From Saprolegnia diclina VS20 (lineage: Eukaryota): a DNA stretch of 52,499 nt. The DNA lies in NCBI RefSeq assembly GCF_000281045.1, contig NW_008246094.1, positions 569,645 through 622,143 on the forward strand, given 5' to 3'. Numbering within the stretch: position 1 is the first letter of the stretch; each line of letters opens with the position of its first letter. Positions 1-11,198 of the stretch are shown in pieces. The position numbers were made by a program, and so were the translations under genes. The notes under the pieces were generated by a model. It saw nothing but the letters and a program-made list of their open reading frames with translations. It had not been told where the DNA came from and made no database searches.

Positions 1-2
1 TC

Positions 3-94
3 TTATCTAATTTGAACGGCACTGTGGTAGTATTTTGTGCTCACAAGGCCAATTTATCAAATTTGGACGGCACTTTGGTAGTATTTTGTGCTCA
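3..94. repeat. Imperfect tandem repeat, ~51-bp period, 2 copies visible (may continue beyond the window start)
   Basis: ttatc(t/a)aatttg(a/g)acggcact(g/t)tggtagtattttgtgctca begins at 3 and again at 54. Confidence 0.85.
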
Positions 95-1458
95 TATTTC
101 AAAATCAGCGATAAATTGATCACTTTGCGAGAAAGAGACGTAGTGAGATAGGGTCGAAGATGCGAGGGTCGACAGTAGGGCCGAGGCATAGTAGAGAAGG
201 TAGTGGATGATGTGAATGTGTAGCAGGGTTGCTAGATCATGGGGGCGTTAAATAGTGTGAGTTTATGGGTGAAAAAATGAAAAGATCATGGTCGTGTGGT
301 TTTTGTACACGTTGCATGTGACCGCGTTGGTGCAAATGTTGCAGTGATTGGCCTGCGTGCTCGTGAATTGTCTGAGCTCTATTTCTAGAGTGTCATTCGG
401 CGTTTGACGAGTTTCCTGCGAGTCTTTTTCATAGCCGACACACCCATATTCTTTCTCATCGAAGTAAAAAACGCAATGAAGCGCATAAAAACCGGCTAAC
501 GTAACGGAGCGTTTGTGTCGCAAACGCTTGGAAGTAGACACAAAGTTTGTGTCTACTTCAGTAAGGTTCTACCGGTATGTATGTAATTCTCCTATGTAGT
601 TTCTGATAGAGGGCTGTAAGCAGGGTGGTCGGAAGGCTTTGCGTAGAGTGTTTTTGTGCATGTAAACCACTTTGCATGCAAATCACTTGATCATTGGCCC
701 GCGCGATGACATGGTCCAGTTGATATTTTACGAGACGCGCCGCTTTGGCCGCTTCATCTATTAAACCAGCTAAAGATGAGACGGTTTCGCGGTCGTCGAC
801 GACGATCAATAAGCCAACCAATCAAATGTGTCTGCGTTGAAATCAAGTTGACAGCATTGACTCGCATCGTCAGTGTATTTGTACGTCGCTGTCACGTAGC
901 GTGCCGACCTGACAGCGCACGCGTTTTCGTACTATTGTGAGCGCTTGTGTCATTGTGGCTGGCTCACAGAAAAGGCTCTACATGGCGCTGAGAGAGAGCA
1001 GTGACACAAGACAACTCGTGTGTCGCGTGTCGAGCTTCCAATGCACTTGGTCCTTCGAGAGCGGGCGGCGGATGCGAGGTTGGCACCGCCACGTAAGCTA
1101 ACCGGACACGCGCCACACGTGTAGGCACTCATCCTCAACGTTATCAATCAAACGTGTTCGCGTTAAATTCAAATTAGCAAAAACTAACCCAAAGACTTCG
1201 CATACGTAGCGCTACGCCTGAGGGCGTCGGAGTTGGCACCAGCACTTGGTCGTTGGGAGTGAGCTGCGCACGGAGAGATCCATCCCGTGGTGGACCCCAC
1301 TCGCCGAGTTATATAGCTCGCGCGAGGTCGTATCCTCAACGTTAGATGTAGCATTCGACGTGCAGCCATGGCGGCGATGTGCGGGAGGGCGACGCAACGC
1401 TATTGCCCCATTCGGATCGGAGCTTGTGCGTACGAAGAAGGTCCTCGATAAGGTTGCA

Positions 1459-2816
1459 TTACCCGAGGAGTCTCACATGGCCGAAATATAGTGTGACATT
1501 GTGACATTCACCAAGCGCTGTCAGTAGCACGGGCGCCGACGCGAGGGTGAGGGCGCTGTTCCGCAATAAGATCCTCAGCGCTCGTCGGCTCTTGCGGGAT
1601 GCGACGGCCAATAAGATCGCATCCTCGTCATCCAGCTTTGTCTCATCGAGCGTGAGCACCTTGAGACTACGATCCATGCACGCAAGCACCAAGACCCCTT
1701 CCTTGCCGAGCGTAGTTCGCGTCAAGTTGACGAACGTAGGATGACGCGACGTAGAGAGCTACTGCACGAGGCTGGCGACGAACTCCATGTCATCCGTCAA
1801 CCGACGCAACGTGGCGGTCGAGAGGTAGTGCTCGTGGGTAGAACCCAGTGTTCGAGGCTGAGATTTGAGCAACGGAAACGCGGCGGGAGCGCTCATGACG
1901 TCACATAACAGCAGCTCGCGTGCGTGGGTGTTTTCGAGTGCGAAAGAGCGGAGCAGGGTCCGATCGAGCTCTACGAAAATGGCGATGGCGTGCTCGCTGG
2001 AATCGCGGCGCAACGAGAGCGCTGTGATGTGTCTCAAACACTTGGCACCGCCGCCAAGGCTGCTCGAACGTCCCTTGCACAAACGAGACTCAACGACGAG
2101 AACGTAGGACATGCCTGGACGGCAATGACCAGTGCCGTTGGGTCATGCACCGAGTCGCAGTCAAACGTGAGAGACGACGCGCTTGGTCCTTGGAGCGAAT
2201 CGACGATGGCGGTTGAGTCCAGCGATCTGTCAACGTCTTCCGACGTACGCACCTTGAGCGTGTGCAAGCGAAGGGTTGGTATCGCTGCCAAGTGGCGCTC
2301 AACGTCAGAGCGATGCACCGAGGTGGTTTCAATCACCACATGTTGGACGTTGGCACATCAAGCGAGGATGTCGGGGATTGGGTCTGGCACCAGAATGGCG
2401 CCCTTGGCAATGACGTTGTCGATGTTGTCGCTCCAGAGATAGGCAAACGCACCGAGCAGACCGGGCACGGAGGGGTCCACGACGAGAGTTGCGGGTATTT
2501 TGGGCGGCAACTTCGCATCGAGCCAGGGCCGTCAAACCAGAATCCGCGTAAACGCTTTTGAACGCCGGCAGTGCTTGGGCGCCAATGCGAGGTCACCGGC
2601 TCGGAATCTCCGCCACAACCCACACCGGCTGTAGGCGCTGAAGGCTGTGACGGCGCCGAGGTCTTGGAGCGCGACGAGTTCGGGCGGCAGCGTCAACAGT
2701 GGCAGCGCCTTCAGGAAGGCGGTGACGCCTCTGCAATTTGGAATCGCCTGCAGAATCGCGTGGAGTACGACGCTTGGCAGGTTCGGGAAGTTGGCTCGTT
2801 TTGTCTCTGGCATCAT
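1459..2816 (-). pseudogene. Fragmented LRR/RNI-like protein with a possible F-box-like N-terminus; probable pseudogene
   Basis: ATG at 2816 (MMPETKRANFPNLPSVVLHAILQAIP...). Leucine-rich pieces continue in changing frames: 2034-2339 (IPTLRLHTLKV, CPTFSSLSL), 1759-2112 (LRHITALSLRR, TATLRRLT) and 1459-1725 (SLKVLTLDETKLDDEDAILLA). No single ORF, and I did not find introns that resolve the frame changes. Confidence 0.55.
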
Positions 2817-3327
2817 CGCAAACTGGCGCCTCTGCGATCCAATTTTGCTGTGACATAGCTTTACAATTAACCCTCCCAGACCTAAAGGCGTTAAATAATC
2901 GACATGGATATTGTGTATCCGATTGTACAATATTGTTTTGTGTCGAGAAATTTCGGAACAGCGTCCATCAACACACCAGACAATAATGTGGCACAATTTT
3001 GGTTGACAATATATTGTCTTTGCATACGCGGGCAGCTCAGGTTGGTCAATTCCATAGTACGTGCGGAGTGGTTTCCCACCAACGTTAGCCTTGTGAGGTG
3101 GAGTGGCCTAACAGGGTTCTGGAATCTGTCTCATCTTGCATTGCATCGGGATATAGCTCCAGGAATATAGCTACCGCGATCCGAGCAAAGTCCACACAGC
3201 AAGGAGGTCTGTAGAGGTAACGCGCTCATGCTCAGGGAGGTTCTGGTAGGACGTGTGGCAACAGGTACAACTGCGACCGTGTTCAATTCGCTCATATTGC
3301 AAACGCTGGGTCCGAGGACTGTCGCGC

Positions 3328-4686
3328 TTAGTGATAGAAGTCGAACGTTGTATCGGCCCGCTTGATCGCGTTCTTGTAGCCCTTGTCAAAGTCCTTGGGC
3401 AAAATAACATACCGGTTCTTGCGCACGGCTTGGAGACCCGCCTCTTGGCAGATGGACGCAATGTCGGCCGAACTGATCTTCTCGGGGCGGTTGACGTAAT
3501 CCTATACCCATCCATCGCGTGAGAGACCGTTGACCACATCAAAGCGGTACCTCGAGGTCGACTTCGTCGCCCAAGTTCATGTTGGCCGTGCATGCTTGGT
3601 AGATGAGACGCTTCTGGCGGCGGTCCGGCAGCGGAAACTCAATTTTGCGGTCAAGACGACCCGGGCGAAGGAGAGCCGGGTCGAGTGTATCGGCGCGGTT
3701 CGTCGCCATGATCACCTTGACGTTCGTGGCTTGGTCAAACCCGTCCATTTGGTTGAGGAGCTCGAGCAAAATACGCTGCACCTCGCGATCCGCGCCCGTC
3801 TGCGCGTCAAAGCGCTTGGTCGCAATCGCGTCGACTTCATCGATAAAGACAATCGCGGGCGAGTTCTCCTTGGCGAGGCGGAACACGTCGCGCACCATGC
3901 GCGGGCCCTCGCCGAGGTACTTTTGCACAAACTCCGAGCCGACGACGCGGATGAACGACGCCGTCGTCGCGTTTGCGACGGCTTTGGCAAGCATCGTCTT
4001 GCCCGTGCCCGGCGGGCCGTACATGAGCACGCCACGCGGCGGGTCGACACCAATCTGCTTGTACAAGTCGAAATGCGTGAGCGGGAGCTCGACGGCTTCG
4101 CGCACTTCTTGCTTCTGGACGTCCATGCCACCAATGTCCGAGTACGAGACGTCCGGGCGCTCCGACATCTACATGGCAGTGCAGAATCCATATTGGCAAG
4201 GTGTCACGAGCATACCTGCATCATCTGAATACTCGAGTCCGACTCGGGCGGCAAGATGGCCACGACGGCGTGCGAGTGGCGGTGCAGCGCGACCGACGAG
4301 TTGGGCTTCAAGCGCTCGCGGTCGAGCGTGCTCAAGATGCGCACGTAGTAGTTGGAACCGGCGGTCGAGCCCACGATGCCATAGTTGGCGTCGACCATCT
4401 CGAGGAACTGGCCGATGACGAGCGGCACGGACTGGATGCGCTTGACCTCTTCCTTGGCGCGGATGAGCTCGCGCTTCAAGTTCTTCATCTCGTCCTTGAT
4501 GTAGCCTTCCTGGATGTCGAGGAACTCGAGGTGGCGCTGGAGCGCCTTGTACTTGGAGAACATGTCATCCTCCTGCTTCTACATACGCAGCATGAGCCCT
4601 CGTCCTCTTCTCCATGTACCTACGTCCGAGAGCGGCAGCATCGCCACGTCCTCCATGTCGGTCGTCTTGAGCCCGATGTCTTCCAT
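3328..4686 (-). CDS. RPT3: 26S proteasome regulatory AAA-ATPase subunit 6B (Rpt3/PSMC4), 4 exons
   Basis: Coiled coil and OB region ([34 protein letters not shown]), Walker A GPPGTGKT, Walker [37 protein letters not shown]. Intron 1 is 4623-4579 (GT..AG). The last exon reads [22 protein letters not shown]...FDFYH* with stop at 3328. Confidence 0.96.
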
Positions 4687-4760
4687 GCTTCCTCGTCGCT
4701 CGAATCGGGTTGTCTACCTCCGAAACCCAATACCGCTACACAAGCCCCACATATCTTTCC

Positions 4761-4781
4761 TCCGGATAAATCTTATCCGGA
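4761..4781. promoter_or_regulatory. Inverted repeat TCCGGATAA-atc-TTATCCGGA about 75 bp upstream of the RPT3 ATG; candidate transcription-factor site
   Basis: Perfect 9-bp arms with a 3-bp spacer seen directly; the regulatory role is inferred from position only. Confidence 0.4.
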
Positions 4782-5136
4782 CAATCCATGGCTAAAAACA
4801 CGCAACCTGGCCAAAACACCAGCACTGACATCGTACCTTGTTCTCCAGCGCTTCAACCCACTGACTATACAAGCATGCACGCGTGCATCTATAGCATCCA
4901 ACGGAACCTCGTGGTTGGCTCCTTTCAATGGTGGCAGCCCATCCCGCACGAGCTCGTTGCGCCGAAAATGACACGGTCACGAGCAATGACGTGGCGCCAC
5001 AGCAACGCTTAAACGCATCAGCACATTGCAGATTGCCCAATAAGGACATTCCCGTACAATGACAGAGACATTAACGATAGACGCATGAAGAAGATAAAAC
5101 CAGGAACGACATAGATTACGATAGGGAGAGTGTCGC

Positions 5137-6577
5137 CTAAAACACGTTTGTCCAAAGCTTGTTGAGGAGGTGCATGCACGCCGGGTTGTTGGTGACCCAC
5201 ACGATAAACTACACATGGAGTCCTAAACCGGGTTCGTCACAAGTAATTCACGTACTTTGGCGCGCTGCGTCGGCGTCAGAATGTTCTGGAGCTGGTCCAT
5301 CTCCGTGTCGAGCGTAATGTTCTTTTGCTCGACGTCGGCCTTGAGCTGGTGCAAGAGCTGCAAAGCGAGCCGGAGGTTTTCGCAAATCTTGACCACCGCA
5401 CTCCTAGTCGTTCGCATGAGACTCACGAGCATGCACTATATCTCTACCGGTGGGACTGGATGCTCTTGCGCTGCTCCTCGGTGAGCCCGAGGTCGTGCGT
5501 GAGGATCGAGAGCAGGCTCGTTTCGTCTTCGCCGTCCTCCCAGAACGCATCGTCCTGCTTGAGCGCCCAAATGCACATCTTGGTCACTTGCGTCGGCATC
5601 AAAAGCCGCTCGAGTTGGTGCAAGTGGTAGTTGAGCGCCGACTGCCGACCTTGGCCATAGTCCGAGTATTGCTAAATGGTTGGCTTAGAGACTTGTTTCG
5701 TCAAGAGAGATGCAATGTACCTCTTTGAAGTTGTCGATCTTGGCCGCGATTTCAGGCTCGGGCGCATTTTCGTGGATCTAAGCGATGCGTTCCTTGAAAC
5801 GACGTGTCTGACGAGTCGACGTACCATGGACTCGAGCTCGATGCAGATTTGCGTCTTCTCGTCTTCTTCTTGCTTCATGGCCTCCTTCCCGGCCTTGAGC
5901 TGCGACCGGAGCTCCATGTTTTCCTTCTCGAGCGCCTTGCAGCGCTCTTCGACGCCGAGAATGTGGTCGCGCTTCCGGCGCCGACACTCGCGCGCTGACT
6001 CGCGGTTGCGCTCGAGCCGCTTCTTGCGCTGCGGGTTGAGGTCGGAGCTGCCGTCCTTGTTCAAAAAGTGCGTGAGCGGCGGCTGGTCGTCGTCGTCGGC
6101 CTTGCGCTTCTTCGAGTAGTCGCTGGCCTTGGGCGTCGAGCTCGCGCTGCTGCCGCCGCTGTGCTTGACGCCGTCCTTGGGCGACGTGGCCGCCGGGTGC
6201 ACCATGTTGAAGAGGTTGAGCGGGTTCGCAGGCGGGAACGACGCCTGCGGCGCGGCGCCAGTCTGGGGCATGTTACCGAAGCCGGCGAGAAAGCCGGGGT
6301 ACGCCGACATGAGCGGCATCATCTGGTTGAGCTGTTGAAGTTGCATGACGTTGCTCGCGGCAGAGCCATGCATGGGCATCGACATCATGGGTGGCATCGT
6401 TGGAAGGCCCGTCGCCGGCGCCGCCGCCTTGGCCTTCTGGCTCTCCTGGACGAGCCACTGGTACATCTCGGGGCGGATGTTGCTTGGAGGTACCGCCGTC
6501 GACGCGGCGGTGCGCGGAGGAGCGATCGTCGTCGCGCCGCCCGTCTTGGTCTTCTTCATATTAGTTGCTTTCTCCAT
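5137..6577 (-). CDS. bZIP transcription factor with a helical C-terminal domain, multi-exon
   Basis: Basic region KKRLERNRESARECRRRKR followed by a zipper (ILGVEERCKALEKENMELRSQL), after an M/P/Q-rich N-terminus. Downstream exons give YHLHQLERLLMPTQVTKMCIWALKQDD...LGLTEEQRKSIQSHR...LQNILTPTQRAK/FIVWVTNNPACMHLLNKLWTNVF*, stop at 5137. Confidence 0.9.
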
Positions 6578-7982
6578 CGTCGCGAAGCGGGCCGAAATGA
6601 ATGATGGCTCGGCGACGTAATCGGCGCGTCCGAGCTGCGTCATCGGTTTTAAACGCCTCACATACAAACATCAAGACAAAACGAAGTGTTTTAAACGACA
6701 TGCACTGGCCACTCGCAGCCACATCCGGATGCTCGGCCAATCAGAACACGGTGCTTCCTACCATCGTCGTCTCGTTTCCAGATAGTTTCTCCATACTGTC
6801 TCACGTTCCGACGTTCCGCGGTAGCGCTGGCCCTCCTAGCTACGGATACAGATTCTTTCAGGACAAAAAAAGGGTGTCTTCACCCTCCTATATCCTATAT
6901 AATCAAAGGACGAGCTTTCAAGGGGTTATCTCGCACTGCAGCACGCTGGACGCCACAGCGTGCCTGGTCGACGATTGCACGACAGAGACAGTATTGAAAA
7001 GAAGCGGACGGTTGCGACGCCCCTGTCGCGGTGGCAGAATATCGCACCCAAGCAGCTGGCGGATTTCCGCCAATCGGATGGCGCCAAGTACGGCACGGGG
7101 AAATGATTGGCAGAGAAGGGATGCGCCGCTACATTGCAATCTTCGCAATCGAATTCGCGGGTCAGAGACCACCGTCGCAGGGATGGTAGCCGTAGCTGCA
7201 TGGAGCCTGCGTCGACCATCATGCGGGCGGTGACGACAACACACACAAGTACATGCATGGACAGACGGCAGTACCACTACTGCGAGGTGCGTCTGGGCGG
7301 CGCGCATTTTCGTGCGGCGGCGAATCTTTCGCATGGCGCCAGCCACCGATCCCCAAGCTACTCCAACTCTTGCCCTTAGCGTATGCTGGTCCATTTCGGC
7401 GAGATATGCTACTCAGTATCGCCGATAGCTATAGCCGATTGCATCTCTCGCACGACCAACGTCCAACGACGACGCCTGTCGTTACCGTGCCCGCCCGTGG
7501 GACGGCACCAGCTTCTCTTGTTCGTTGGACCACTCTCGGTTGCCGTCTTGGGCAACCACTCATGATGCGCTAACAGTCCACCTGGGTGCAGCAGTGAAAT
7601 CTTCCGTCGAGCAGCTTGACGTGAACCGGTGATGGACAGTTCTCGTACAGGTCGACACTGCTGTACGAGGCGAAGGGTTAGCGAGGGCAGCGCATGACCA
7701 GTCGGGCAAGAAGCAAGCCATAGGCTGCAAGCCTCGAAATCCTCGCTTTTACGAGACTGCGACGAGAGGCGGGTCCGCAGCATCCTTCGGCCAGAGTAGC
7801 TACCATGCGGTGGAAACGACGCCCGAGCTGACGCTGCATCTTGCCTTGCGTCCTACCAAGGCCATAAGTCCTACTAGTACTCACTAGCAACCCATATTTG
7901 GCGCCGTCACAAGTCGATTTACAAAATGACACTGTCGACAATCGTCGTATTAACCAAGGGGTACATGCGCCACCAAAATCTA

Positions 7983-10333
7983 CTACGAGGTCCCGCCCGA
8001 GTGCAAGAGCGACGCAAAGAGCTGCTTGCGCTTGGCGCGCATTTGGCTGCTCCACTCGTCGCCGACAAGGATGCGGCACTGGAGCTCTTCTTCCGAGATC
8101 GCCTCGGCCATGTTGATGAGGCTCGAGAGCACGGTGCGGATGTAATTGGGCGTGTCCTTGTCCGGCCGCGCCATCTTGAACTGCCAGTAGCCCACATCCG
8201 CGTTGAACGCAAACTCGAGCACCGCTTGGTGGTTTGGGGCGTTCTGGAGCGTTGCATGAATCTTTTTGAGGTCGCGCGGGTCGACGACCACAATCTGGTC
8301 GAGGTCGATCGCCTTCCCAGGCCCCGAGCAGTTGAGTTTGAGTTGGCCGTTCTCAATCCACGCAAAAAAGTCGACCGTGATCAAGTCACTCCACTTCCAC
8401 TTGAAGTAGTCTACATTCGAAAAATCAACCAAAAATCCATCAAAATTCATCAAAATTCAAAAATCCCAATTCCAAAAATCAACCAAAAAATAGAAACATA
8501 TAAATGGCAAACATGACATACCGTGGTGGGAAAAGGGCACGTACGGCGCGGTCCCGGGGCAAAAGACGACACCGTCCGTCTTGTGATGGCGCTTACCGTC
8601 GTTGTAGAAGCGGACGACCTCGCCCGTCCCATTGTCCGTGTGCGCGCTGATCCTAAGTTCCGTCGCCGGAAACTATGAGACATGTGCATCCTCCACGACC
8701 ACGTACGCTTTGAACACTTCGCGGATGTGGCGCACCGACTGCCAGCGCTTCCGGAAGAGCGGGAGAACGTTCCCGAGCGGCATGGCGCGCATACCGCGCT
8801 CGTAGCTTCCGCTACACACACAGCAGCACTCATGAGCCTCCTGTCATGCATCGCATCGATCGATGTACGTCTCTGAGAGCAGGGTCTGGATGGCAAGGAT
8901 GCGTTCTTTGAACGGCTTGCGCACGTGGCTCAGGCTCGGGAGCGAGCCCTCGGCGATGATGTCAAACACCATAAAGACGTAGCGCTTGAGCGTGTAGTTG
9001 AAGACATACTCGCCGTCAAGCACCGTGCCTTCCGGTAGGAGCGACACGAGCGACTCGAGGCCTGCAAGACTCGTGAGAAGACGGAAGCACGCACGAAACT
9101 GTAAACGCACCGGGGGCGACGAACGCAAAGCTGGAGCGATCGACGAGCACGACAACACCAGGCCCCACAACGAGGAAGTACCGGACGCCGTCCGTCTTTT
9201 CCGAGACAAAGTACTCGCGGTCGCGGGCGCGGACGACCGGTAGATTGCAGCGGGCAAACCCGACCGGCATGGTGCCGGGAAACTTGTTGGCGTGCTCAAA
9301 GTGCGAGAGGTAGGCGTTGCGGACCGCGTGCTCGGGGTCCATGAGGTCCCAGTTGACCTTGTACGCTTGGCTCGCGTGGGGCATAAAGTGGCTACGCAAT
9401 GTCAGAATGCTGCGACCATTGGGTGAGAGATGCTGGGTACCGGGTGAGCGTGTTCCAGAGCAAGCCCGCGTTCATGTTGGCGCCGACCCACGTCTGTTCA
9501 TGGGCCATGTTGAGCCACTCCTTGACCGCATTGGGCTTGAGCTCCAGCTCGACTTCGTACGTGGGCTCGCCGCTATCGCCCGACACTTCGGTCAAGTCGA
9601 TGCGCACGTGCTGGCCGATCGCCGACTTGCGTTGCCGGTTCCGCTCGCTCTCGGGCGCCGACCCGACGACGCTCGACGGGTCCGAGGGCGGAAACTCGAG
9701 CGAGATCGAGACGCGGCAGTCGTACTGGCAGTGCGGCAAGAAGATGTCGATGCTACCGAGGCGCTCCTTGACCTGGAGGTACTTGGGCTGCGATGGCCTT
9801 CCACTCGGGTCCATCTCTTGAACGACGCGCTTCGAGCCCGGGTACATTTCGACGCGCGAGTGCTCTTCGTGCTTGGCGTACGAGTCCTGACTCGATATCT
9901 GCTGGAGCTTCTTCATGAAGCGATCGTAGTCGGCAGCCTTGACGCCGGGCACGAACTTGGCGCTGTTCGAGCGCATGTCCTCGTCACGGAGCACAACGCA
10001 CGCGTTGCCGTACACCGATGGTTCAAAGCGCTTGGTCGTCGCCGATGATGAGATCCGCCCAAAGCGCAGCTCGACCTCGACCTCGGCGCCAACGCCCCGC
10101 GCGTCAATCGTCTCGCGCATCGAGAGTAGAAAGTTCGTGATCGCCGCGTCCGGCGACTCGGAATCGTGCGTCGGCAGCTTGGGCCCGCGCCCGCCGCCCG
10201 CCGCCGAGTTGCCGTCGCCGTGCATCATGGCCAGGTTAGCCTCGGTCTTGCGAGCATCCGCCAAGCTCTTACTCTTCTTGTCGAGGTTCTGGACCATGTT
10301 GTTGAGGTCGAACGGACGCTTTCGGCTGCCCAT
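7983..10333 (-). CDS. Bifunctional mRNA capping enzyme: CYTH/TTM (Cet1-type) RNA triphosphatase + guanylyltransferase + C-terminal OB-fold
   Basis: TTM motifs EVEVELRFG, RVSISLE, RIDLTEV and YEVELEL. Nucleotidyltransferase motifs I (EKTDGVRY), III (VLDGE), IIIa (FMVFDI), IV (TDGVVF) and V (FKWK), plus WQFKMARPDKDTPN. A 49-nt GT-AG intron (9440-9392) joins the two halves in frame. Confidence 0.9.
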
Positions 10334-11198
10334 GATGCTCGCCCGCCGAAAGTATTCCAAAATGGGCGAGCGGTGGTGGCGTCGCAGCAGAGCTTTCATT
10401 GGCCGAAATGTTACATTTTTAAACCAATCCACGTCGTTCCAAAGATACGCTTGTGGTTGACGCCACGTCGAATCCGAATAAGCTGGGAACGAATAGCGCT
10501 TCGGTCGCCCACTACACCTGGGATCCACTGCCGTAGCGCTCGTCTATACACATACATCCAAGCTACGGGCTGCCTAGTATATCTAGTAATCACAGCCCAA
10601 TTGTGGTCCTAGTGGGACGGCAATTCGGCCATGCACCAACGGCCAGATCGTTGGTACAGCCGCGGAGTCGCCTACAGCTGCTCGTCTCCGTCGTGTTGGC
10701 AGCACCAACTTGAAAGAGTCGACCCATGCGTCCTTACAGCGCCAGTGGGCTGCTACGCTGGCAGCATGGGTTGAAGTTTTGTCATGTCAACAAAGCGAGT
10801 GCATTGATTGACCAGTGGTGTTTTTGCAGCAGCGCTGATTAAGCAAGGCTGCATCTTTGCTTCGTGAGCAGCTTCGATCGCCTCAGCATTTGATATGCTC
10901 ATGAAGGGTCATGATGTTGCCGTGAAGTTCATTTGCACCAAAAAATGGCGCGGGAAGGACGAGGAAGTCGACGTCGCCAGTTCTTATTTATGTGTCCCAT
11001 GGAATTTAGCACGTTTTTCACGTCCACGGCCAGAATTGGTGCTTTTTAACTACAAATTGAGAGTTGATTGTGTGAAAATGACATGTGAGAAAAGTGAGAA
11101 ATAAGAGCAATCCGAATACGAAGCGCGATTGGTTGCGTTTTTATGTCGTATCCGGATGGCCGAGCTACAGCTTGTCCAACAATTCGATTCTTGGAGCG

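Noticed and set aside
3..94. Repeat-spacer-repeat appearance suggestive of CRISPR
   Set aside because: Only two imperfect copies, a eukaryotic context and no cas genes; it is an ordinary tandem repeat.
263..821. Short AT-richer minus-strand ORFs, possibly transposon debris
   Set aside because: No motif I can assign.
6918..7900. Several overlapping ORFs between the bZIP and capping-enzyme genes
   Set aside because: No convincing codon bias, domain or splice pattern.
8415..8515. A-rich low-complexity repeats (aaaatc/aaaattc) inside the capping-enzyme gene
   Set aside because: They lie in an intron and look like simple-sequence expansion.
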